A stretch of 64,000 bases of DNA from the human T2T-CHM13v2.0 reference genome, Homo sapiens, in assembly GCF_009914755.1 (NCBI RefSeq), contig NC_060935.1; one strand, 5' to 3'. The translations under genes were made by a program, and so were the position numbers. Positions 53,805-64,000 of this stretch are shown here, one piece after another. The notes beneath the pieces are model-generated. The model searched no databases. It saw only the letters and a list, made by a program, of their open reading frames with translations, and was not told the DNA's origin. How positions within the stretch are numbered: the stretch's first letter is position 1; every line of letters starts with the position of its first letter.

Positions 53805-55240
53805 TTCAAGAGTATTAACAGACAGTTCATAATGGAAGAAAACATTTGCAAAAGTCATATCTGACAAAGGAATGATATCCAAAATATACAAAGAACTCTT
53901 AAAACTCAGCAATAAGAAAATGGCAACTTGATTTTAAAAATGAGCAAAAGACGGCCAGGCGCGGAGACTCATGCCTGTAATCCCAGCACTTTGGGAAGCC
54001 GAGGCGGACAGATCACGAGGTCAGGACATCGAGGCTATCCTGGCTAACGCGGTGAAACCCTGTGTCTACTAAAAATACAAAAAATAGCTGGGCATGGTGG
54101 CGGGTGCCTGTAGTCCCAGCTACTCTGGAGGAATGGCATGAACACCGGAGTCGGAGCTTGCAGTGAGCCGGGGTGACACCACTGCACTCCAGCTTCCAGC
54201 TTGGGCCATAGAGCAAGACTCCGTCTTAAAAAAAAAAAAAAAAAGAGCAAAAGACACCACCAAAGATATACAAGCATGTCAAATATGCATATGAAAAAAT
54301 GCTTGTCATGAGAGAATTTCAAATTAAAACAACAATAAGATACCACTACATACTTATTATAATGACCAAAATCCAGAACACAGGACAAGAGCAAATGCTG
54401 GCAAGGATGTGGAGCAACAGGCCCTCTCATTCACTGCTGCTGGGAAGGCAAAATGGCACAGCCACTTGGAAGACAGTGTGGCAGTTAAAAAAAAAAAAAA
54501 AAGAAAAGAAACATACTCTCACTATATGTTCCAGCAGTTATTCTCCTTGGTATTTATCCAAATGAGTTAAAAATGTAGGTCCACACAAAAACCTGCACAC
54601 AGATGTTTATAGTATTTTCATTCACGGTTGCCAACACTTGGAAGCAACCAAGATGACCTTCAGCAGGTGAATGGAAAAATAACCTGTGGTACATCCAGAC
54701 AACTGGAATATTATTTGGTGTTAAAAAGAACTGAGCTATTAAGCCATAAAAGGCATAGAGGAAACTGAAATGCTTATTACCAAGTGAAAGAAGCCAATCT
54801 GAAAAGGCTACACATACTATATGATTCCAACTAGATGATATTCTGGAAAAGACAACATTATAGAAATAATACAAAGATTAGTGGTTGCCAGGGTTTGTGG
54901 GGAGGAAGAGATGAAAAGTAGGGCACAGAGGATTTTTAGGGCAGTGAATCTATCCTATTTGATACTACGTGGTAGATGCAAGTCATTATACATGTGTTCA
55001 AACCCATAACATGTACTGCACTAAGAGTGAATCTTAGTGTTAATTATAAACTTCGGGTGGTAATGATGTGTCAATGGAGGTCCATCAGTTGTAACAAGTG
55101 GGCCACTCTGGCTGGTGTGAGATATCAATACTGGGGGAGGCTGTGCCTTTGTCAGGAGCGGGGTCATATATGGGACCTCTGTACTTTCTGTTCAATCTCT
55201 TGTGAGCCTAAAGCTGCTCTAAAAATTAAATCTACATTTT
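53805..55240 (+). mobile_element. L1MC1/2-like 3' fragment nested in the L1MB
   Basis: Repeats the ORF2 end already passed in the host, has diagnostic aaaatccagaacac..aaatgctggcaaggatgtggagcaacagg and 3' end tgtgagcctaaagctgctctaaaaa. aaaaatgg occurs at both junctions. Confidence 0.8.
53953..54244 (+). mobile_element. AluY-like element nested in the L1MC
   Basis: atcctggctaac, gaatggcatgaac, gagcttgcag; TSD gagcaaaagac on both sides; small internal deletion and tccagct duplication. Confidence 0.93.
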
Positions 55241-56599
55241 CAAAAATGGGCAAAAAATCTTCAAAAGACATTTCACCAAAGAAGATATACAAATAGCTAA
55301 TAAGCACATAAAAAACTGCTTAACATCATTAATCACTGGGGAAATACAAATTAAAACCACAATGAGATACCACTTCATACCCACTAGAATGGCTATAATA
55401 AAAAAGACAGAAATAACAGATGTTGGTAAGGATGTAAATAAACTGGAACCCTCAATACATTGCTGGTAGAAATGTTAAATGTTACAGCCACTTTGGAAAA
55501 TAGTTCAGTAGTTTCTTAAAAACATAAATTTACCATATGATCCAGCAATTCCACTCCTAGATGTCTGCCCAAGAGAAATGAAAACATATGTCCACACAAA
55601 GACATGTACACAAGTGTTCACAGCAGCATTATTCATAACAGCAACAAAGTGGAAAAAAATCTAAATGTCCATCGACTGGTAAAAGAATATACAAAATGTG
55701 GTCTATCCGTACAATAAAATGCTATTCAGCAAAAAAAAAAAAAAAAGCAAATGCATATTGAATGCATATTGATGCATGCTACTACACGGATGCACCTCAA
55801 AACCATACTAAGTGAAAGCAACCAGATACAAAAGACCACAAATTGTAAAATTCCATTGATACGAAATGTCCAGAAAAGACAAATCTCTAGCAATAGAGTA
55901 TAGAATTGTAGTTGCCCACAGCAGTGGGTGGGAATGCAGATGATCTGCAAATGGGCATGAGGGATCACTTGGGAGAGATGGAATTGTTCTAAAACTAGAT
56001 TGTAGTGATGTCCGAACAACTGTGTAAATTTACTAAAATTCATTCAATTGCAAAGTTAAAACAGTAAATGTGATGGTATGTAAATTATACCTCAATAAAG
56101 CTGTTAAGGAATAGCAGATGCTTATTAAGGATGTCAGGAGGGTACACGAATGCAGAGGGCACACACTAAGAACACTACCTATGATTAATTTAACATAACC
56201 CCATTACTGGTGAATGTGTCTTTCAGGAATACCTCCTGCTGTTGTTGTATTTATCTAGGACATAGCCTCACACTTACATCAAGCAGAGACAATTGAAGCC
56301 ACCAAGTTCAATCCAAGCATCATCTCACTGGCAGAATGAAACAGGATAACCTCCAGCTTAGCCAGAAAGAGGATATGACCCGTCAACTAGTACTGAAACA
56401 ACCACTGCCTTCCAAATGCCTCCCATTTATCTCAGTGTGGGTTAAAAGGCCTAAGCAATATAGTTATCACTTGCCAGTTGACTGGCCTCTCCTTTGTACA
56501 AGGGCTTGGATAAGGATAATAACTTACTTTTGTAAAGCACTTACAAAGTGCCTTAACATACACTAGCTCATCTATTCCCATAGCAGCTCTATCAGCAGA

Positions 56600-57310
<711 letters not shown>

Positions 57311-57469
57311 ACCTACCTGGCAAAGTAGGAATTATTAGTCACACTTCACAGATGCAAAAAGTTGTAAGTCTTTGAAAAACTCTGCAACCCATCAAACCAA
57401 CGTCAAAATGCCAGCAACTTGCACTCAGTTTCCTGAATTTAATAACAGAGTTAATAACAGCCACAACCA

Positions 57470-57690
57470 CAAAAGCCACCTATTGGGTTCCAAGTGGTGT
57501 CAAGGCTCTAATGACACTGGGCACTTGACTGGCATATTTTCTCTAATTCTTACAACTCTGCAGGCTGAGTGTTACTATCTCTATTTTATGGATGAGCACA
57601 GTAAGGCTAAGAAAGGTCAAGTAAATTGCTCAAGATCACATAGGTAGTAAGTGGTAGGGCCACCATTCTAAACTGGCATGTGTCTTGCCT
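57470..57690 (-). mobile_element. MIR SINE
   Basis: taattcttacaactctgc..tattttatggatgag..aggtcaagtaaattgctcaagatcacataggtagtaagtgg. Confidence 0.85.
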
Positions 57691-59349
57691 GCTATGAAGA
57701 AAGCTTAAAGGAATAAAACATACTTCCTAGGATTAGGCAACCAGCTACTCTAGGTCTCCACTGATTAAAAACATTATGTATAGGAAATTAGCAGGGATGA
57801 TTGCTCGTGGGAGTCAGGTTAGCTAGCCAAACTCATAATATTTGCTTGTGTGTTCCAACTGTCATACTCTAAACTGTAACATAAAGAAAGTTTCTAGACA
57901 CAATTGTCTTTTCACTGTTTACAACCACTTTTGTATCTTATAGAAATAAAATAGAAAAAACACACACTGATTACAAGATGCACAGTACCTACGAAAATCT
58001 CTACAGGATATGTGAGATCAGCTTTCTTCCAGAGAGTGGGTAACAATTAAAACACCAGTTTTTGTCAGCACCAGGCCTAAGGACAGCAGCCTGGAACCCA
58101 GAACAAGTAGGACGAGACAGGAGTCTCTAGGTAGAGGGTAAAGATCAGCCTAGGTGCCTGCCAGGGAAAAAGCTTCAGTGTGAGAAGGAAGCTCCTAGCT
58201 GAGCCCCGCCCCGCCAGGCACACATAGTACGGACCCGCAGTGATGCCTGTTGTTATCAATGTATGGATAGTATTGGTAGTTTCTAGTAGACTCGAGCTGC
58301 TGTGGGGGTCTGTGCATGTTGGATTGGACTTAGAGGAGGGTGGTAAAAACCAGTTGAGAGAAATTTGTAGATGTTAATTGCAAACTGCTTTCTCTTCACC
58401 AGAAGCAATCTCTCCCTTCTGAGATGGGCAACATCATCTATCTCCATCAGGCCCAATGGGCTGCTCCACCTTCAAGCGCTTAATTAGTTTGTCTTTCTGG
58501 ATGCTCTGTCCTCCCCCATCAAAGACAAGTAATTGGTTCTCTTAAACATGGGGCATCCAGAACTGATGGAGAAGTCTTTTCAAGGGATCATGGAACTCTG
58601 TGCTAGGGAGAAGACAGGCCTCAGATTCTGTCAGGTAGGGTTCTAGATGGTGCTGCTGAGAGGCTACCTTATTTTCACAAGTTCCAATGCTAGCAGGGAC
58701 TCTCCTGGCCACCTTAAGTGGCGTTTCCAGGAGAAAGGCTGCTCCTCTGGTAGGCTGCAAGCATCACTTCGATTTGTGAGGTAAGACAAAAAGGACAGGT
58801 GAACTAGGAGGATCACACCGGTACCTTTGTGAGGAGCAAGCATCTCCCCTTCCTTCAGACTGGGTTGTTTAGACCCAAACTTGCCCTTGGTCCTCCCAAA
58901 TGCTGCTATTTCCCTCTATATGATTGAGTCAGCATTTCTACTTTATATGAAACTGATATTATAGCAAATCTTATCACCATGAACGTAATGAATCTTCCTG
59001 CCAAGTTATCATCTTGTGTCTCTCAGAGGTGTGTCTTCTTTCCCAAGGTCACTCTGGGCAACTTGAGTGAGCCACAGGGTCATACAGGGGCCTTGGGACA
59101 ATCATTAGGAGAAACCCAGTACAAATAAAAATCTGATTAGACTTTACCTCCTCTGACTTTTCACCACCTCCTCTATCCTACTCTACCAACCTTCAGACTC
59201 TTCTAGCTACAGGCTTTCCCAGAGCCCATCTCTGGGGATAAAATGGACTCATTTAGCTCATTGAACAGATCATCAAATGCCCACTCCCCCAAGAAAAGAA
59301 GCAGTTTGGACCACAGGCAGGTCAGAATGCCCTAGCACTTCCACAAACA

Positions 59350-59740
59350 GCCTGCTCTCAAAGGATTGTCAAACGTGCAACAAATCAGTGTTCTCTCATC
59401 AAAAGCATCATAACTCATTTAACATTGAGCCTATATCTTTTTAAATATATCCTTTTTTTCTAGATTGGAAAAACAATAGTTGTTTCTTTTTTCTTTTATT
59501 TCAGCAGGGTTCCAGATAATAAAAAGATTTATAATTACGCCAGTAGATTTACTTTTGCTATGCCGCCCTAGATTATGAAAAAAGTATAATTATATGCAAT
59601 TAAAAAATGAACAGTATTTCTTACCCGAGTGAAGCTTTAAAAGTCATTATGAATCCATTAGCTCAGCAGACCTTACAAACGGCCTTCACTACTCTGGACT
59701 GCATTTAAATTTACAACAGAGAGAAGTAACTTTTCCTCAT
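59350..59740. promoter_or_regulatory. Candidate conserved non-coding element
   Basis: Repeat-free, with gatttataattacg, tataattata, atgcaattaa, cattag and several CpGs in an AT-rich context. Inference. Confidence 0.45.
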
Positions 59741-60537
59741 TTCCACGGTGTGTGTGTGTGTCTGTGGGTGCATGCATTTTCACCCTTCTCAGCCATACCT
59801 GGAAGTGGCCATTCATTTTTACATTCTAAGGCCATGTTCTTAGTATTGAACTTGACCACACAGCTCATAATGCTTTAGAAGCCTCCAGCTAGAACACTGA
59901 GGAATGACCTCAGAATTCTTCTACTTAGCCTTGTCCCTACCTCTTTACTCCTCTGTAGGCAGTAATTCTTTTTTCTTTTCTTTCTTTTTTTTTTCTTTTG
60001 GTGTAACAGTATCGCATGAGCCAAGACTGTCATGAAACTATTTGGATACTGTACTCTGGTTCCTTCATCTCCTCCATCTGCATCAGCCTAAATTGTCCTA
60101 GTGAGTTCACTTATGTCTGGGTTACTGTAGATTTGGGTTTTGCTATTACTAGTTGTCTCACTTATCCAGATAATTACCTAGCTTGATTGAAGCTTAGTCT
60201 GTTGACTACCAGAAAACAACACATACGGGAGAATTGATCTAGATAATTCAGACACCATTCATGATGTTATTTCAATTGAGCATTCTTGTGTGACAAGAAC
60301 TGGTAATTATTGAAAATTTCATCTGCATAAAAATACTAGATCTTACCCACAAGTCCATTTCCTCTTGTCTCTCAGTGTTAGACTCACCCTCAGCATCATT
60401 TTTGGCAGTGGCCCAGCAGTTATAGTAAAAACAAACAAACAAAAACCCTCCATTGTCTTTTATTTAACTGGCCAAAATTGCCACCTGATCTCTCCAGTCT
60501 CACTGTATTTGTCTGATGCTGTTAGAGCCTTCTCTGT

Positions 60538-60700
60538 AGTGGCTGCAAGTCTGCTAATAATCAGAATCACTTGGGAAGCAATTAGAAGTATACAGAGATG
60601 AGTCCTAACCCAGACTCATGATCAGAAATTCCAGAAGTGGAGCTCAGGAATCTGCATTTTAAAATCACTCACCAGGTGATTCTCAGGCAGCCAGCCTCGC
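60538..60700. mobile_element. MER5-family hAT MITE
   Basis: atcagaatcacttggg..ggaatctgcattttaaaa..ccaggtgattct. Confidence 0.75.
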
Positions 60701-61164
60701 ATGGTGCATAAACTGACGTTGACATTCCGGCAGCCTAGACAATGGGTATACTCAGGTGAATAAGAGGGATGGTCTCTTCTCTGGTCATTTTTCTACTCTT
60801 ACCTCTTCATCCTTTCTTAGTCTTCTGATTCAAGCCTGGATGAATAAGGATTCCTGGAATAGTACAAAATACTTGCAACTCTCGCAGTCTTCCCAGAGTG
60901 GGCTGGATGAAGGGTGCTATCCCCAAATCAGGGGCCGTGCCCTGGGAAGGATGGTAGGCCTCCAGGGATCTATCTCAGTGTAACTAACTCCTCAGTGGGC
61001 TCAAAACTTTCCCTCTTGTTTTCTAGTTTTTAGGTTTTCTAGTTCTGTTGTGCCCTTTATTCAATGCAAGCCATCAACAAGTTCCTTAAACATAAAACTC
61101 TGTGACATTCTAAACTGCAAGACAATGTGACAATGAGTATGCCAGTCTGAAAAGAACAAAGGAG

Positions 61165-61500
61165 CAGGGTTCAGAAGAACTGGCCTTTACCAGCTCTGTC
61201 ATTTTCCAGTGGTGTGGCCTTGCAGAGGTCACTTCAGTTTTCCAGGCTTTGGCCAAAGAAAGGTGGGGGCAGGTGGTACCTTCCCAGCTCAAGTCTTCTG
61301 GAATAGAGCGTACGCCCATGAAGCCCTGCACCTGTTGGAGCTTCATAGCTGTAATCAAGGTATTAATCTCTCTGAGCCTTAGTTTACTCATTAATAAAAT
61401 TGGAATAATAGTATTCTCAACCATATAGTTGAGTAAGAATTAAGTGCCTCTAAAACCCCTAGCATCACGCCTGGCACACGGTAAACACTGAGTATCTTTA
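61165..61500 (+). mobile_element. MIR fragments
   Basis: tgtggccttgcagaggtcactt; aatctctctgagccttagtttactcattaataaaattggaataatagta..cctggcacacggtaaacact. Confidence 0.75.
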
Positions 61501-61508
61501 ACATGATG

Positions 61509-61530
61509 TCATCATCATCATCATCATCAT
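61509..61530. repeat. (TCA)7 microsatellite at the MIR tail
   Basis: Read directly. Confidence 0.9.
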
Positions 61531-61934
61531 GAAAAACATACTTTCTCATGTTCTAAAGGGCCCAATTCATACTGCCCACTGTATCACTCTGACAAGGTAA
61601 CAAAGTGACCTCAGAAACCTGGCTAACAAGAGATCAAGGCATAACCCTAGCCATGGATTCAGGGAACAGAAGCTGGCCCTTCTGTGGAAGTCCCGGCTGC
61701 CCAGGTCCATGTCGTCCCTGGCTCTTCCAGCTGGAGGGGGTCACTCAAGCACTGTGGAGTGACAGCCAGACAGGAAAGCAACTGCATTTGTCCTAGGAGT
61801 CATGTGGCATGTGCTGGATGGCGTTTTGAATAACATTTTAATGAACCAAGTCCTTCAGTGTAATGCAACCTCAGAGGTCTGAACATGCTGGCCTTCTCCC
61901 CTGCACTCTTTGTGTGGCCACTCCAAGAGTAGAT

Positions 61935-61960
61935 GCGCTCCCTTGAGGCGCTCCCTTGAG
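61935..61960. repeat. Perfect 13-bp tandem duplication
   Basis: gcgctcccttgag twice. Confidence 0.95.
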
Positions 61961-63081
61961 CCCTGGAGCTTGCCGGGGGCAGCCACCCCTTCCAGGATTT
62001 CTGCTTTCCATGCAATCTCCCTTTTCCTTCTCTCTCTGAGAACCTCAAAACCAAGTTGTTTGTAAACTCCTCTACAGCCCCAAATGGCTCTGTTGCAAAG
62101 CTCGGCTCGTTAACATGCAGGCAGTAAAGTATGTCAGGAGCTCTGATTTGTCATATTAAGGAGGCTATATGACTGTGGAGAGGAACATTAAAAGATTTTA
62201 TTCTAAGATATTCCCTCCAATCCCCACCCACTGCAGACAAAGTCTCTTGGGACAAGCCTCTGCTTCAGTGCTCTTGATTGCACAGATTTCTGATAAATGT
62301 TTTCATCAGTGCCATAGGCCTGGGTGCTGCTCCTGCTCCACTGGGGCCTTCTCTTTGGGGTCTCAGGATTGGCTTTTGAGGTGTTTCTGGGCCTTAAGCA
62401 GCTCCCATGGTAAAACATTCACCGTCATTCTTTCTCTCTTCTCACTCACTCAATTACAGTTAAAGCCCTGTTCCAGGGAGGAGTGGAGGGAGACTCCATC
62501 TCCACCACGGAACGCCTTACTCCTGGAACTAATCACAGCATTTCTCTACCCTCCTCGGAACAATCTGATACCATTATCACTGACATCATCAAAAGAAGTT
62601 CCCTTTATAGATTGCATTGTACAAATAGAATTGCCTAGATGTGATGGCTTTGCCCATTAGGAGTGTACAAGCATATTTACACAACGCCATGGAGCATGGG
62701 TGAAGGATGAGCCCAGGACAAGATTAAATCAGCAGACTGAACGATAAATGAACAGTAATGCATTCATATCGAATACATCTCAGAGCATAAGTGCCATCCG
62801 GGGTAGAAGGCAGGGAAAGGGCATGACTGCAGGGTCACCAGGGCCAGAATGACTGATGTGAGGGGTCAAGGGCAGGCTTTGCCTCCAGGGAGGCATTAAA
62901 GGGCCACCTCCTATAGTGAAAGGAAGGCTGCCACATTTCCCTATGCCCCCTGAGTTTTAGAGATACCCTATTTGAATGAGAGAAAACAAAGTGAGGAAAC
63001 GGCTAATCTCAAGGTTTAGGAGGTGAGGGGGACATAGTATCATTCGGTTTGGTCTAGGTGGAGACTTCTTAATTTAGATAT

Positions 63082-63563
63082 TGATGCAGTTCGGGACATA
63101 CCAAAATATGTCACCTTGGCATTTGACAAAACAGCAGAGGCAGGAAGTTTGCTCTCACCTTCCCCTCGCCTTTCTCCCCTGAAGCAGGTGGTAAGATTCT
63201 CATTCCAGGTGCCCTCCCTACCCGGAGGAAAGGAAGATCCTTATCTCTGAAGATACCAGGACACAGAGAGGAATCTGAATAAATGGGCCTTGCTAGGTTC
63301 CCCAGCTTACCATCATCAGATTACACCCTTTGGTCCTCCTATTATATCTCTCCACCACTGTCCATTCCTCATCAAGTCTAAGCATAGAAATGCACAGGTT
63401 TCCCTGTATCTTTGGGTCTTCATTCCCTTAAGAAGGCTCTTGTGTCATGTAAGACTTATATTCCATACGTGTGTGTTTTTCTCTGGTTAGTCTGTCTTTT
63501 GTTACAGGAGCCTCTGCCATGAACCCGGGGATAAGTGAGGAAAGAAATTTTTCCTCCTTCACA
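63082..63563 (+). mobile_element. MER31 (ERV1) solo LTR
   Basis: TG...CA ends, ccaaaatatgtcaccttggcatttg..ctctcaccttcccctcgcc..cccggaggaaagga..ccttatctctgaaga, 4-bp TSD-like atat/gtat. Confidence 0.85.
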
Positions 63564-64000
63564 GTATCAAGTGCCAGGCCAGGGCACTTTGTCCAGGCCT
63601 CACTGTGAAGGAAGAGTAATGTTCAAGGATGGCAGCAGGAAGGTGAGAGGATGAAACCAAATGCTCTTGGAGGGCATCGGGCTTGGTTGCCACTGAGAAC
63701 TTCCAGAAGAGGCACAGCTCAACGCGGGGTGCCAGTAACCGTCATGCCTTCCTGTCCCAGTGGGCTGACTTGAGACAAAGCACAGCTGTGGTCCACGCCT
63801 TGAGACTTCCACTGGGCAAGGAAGCCCAAGTGAGGCTCCCCGCACCTCTGCCACCTTCCCCTACACCCACACCTGCAAACCTGGGGAGAGTGACACCAGC
63901 CTTCCCCAGCTCCTCTCTCAGTCTAGGCTGGAGCTGACTCGGAGAGAATTGAATTCCCTTCTCCATTGCTCCTGGGGCCGCTAATTCATAGCTGCATTAG

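Larger units (their letters stand above)
52715..56105 (+). mobile_element. L1MB7/8-like ORF2 3' part and 3' UTR, split by a nested L1MC
   Basis: ORF2 DNA (ctagaactaataaatgaa.tcagcaag, ccatttacaatagca, tactacaaagttacagtaatc) and 3' end gtatgtaaattatacctcaataaagctgtt. Confidence 0.85.

Noticed and set aside
58203-58235. GC box GCCCCGCCCC with a few CpGs
   Set aside because: Isolated, with no CpG island or other promoter context.

Overview
This is primate genomic DNA, very likely human or another hominoid: it carries AluJ, AluS and AluY, L1M, L2, L3/CR1, MIR, MER2, MER5, MLT1, MLT2 and MER31 relics. I find no credible protein-coding exon, structured RNA gene, CRISPR array or CpG island. All long ORFs are artefacts of Alu sequence or simple repeats. 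The window looks intergenic or deep-intronic. Between the repeats lie about a dozen repeat-free, AT-rich blocks dense in homeodomain, FOX, TEAD or PBX-MEIS motifs that resemble conserved non-coding enhancers near a developmental gene. That conservation is inferred, not measured, and I cannot name the locus. The most unusual structures seen directly are: (i) three patchworks of direct and inverted copies of local sequence within 2.3 kb (36.8-39.1 kb) that look like templated-insertion repair scars; (ii) a ~88%-identical, indel-free tandem duplication of unique sequence with a 178-bp period (51.4-51.8 kb); (iii) a 380-nt purine-free (CTT)n tract at an Alu tail and a ~790-bp TATC array with higher-order structure, both inside one old L2; (iv) an AT-rich unique block that retains CpGs (12.2-12.95 kb); (v) a + strand bias of LTRs and L1s, hinting at a minus-strand host transcript. 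I see no evidence for a wholly new biological system. Boundaries and subfamily calls for old repeats were made by eye and are approximate.
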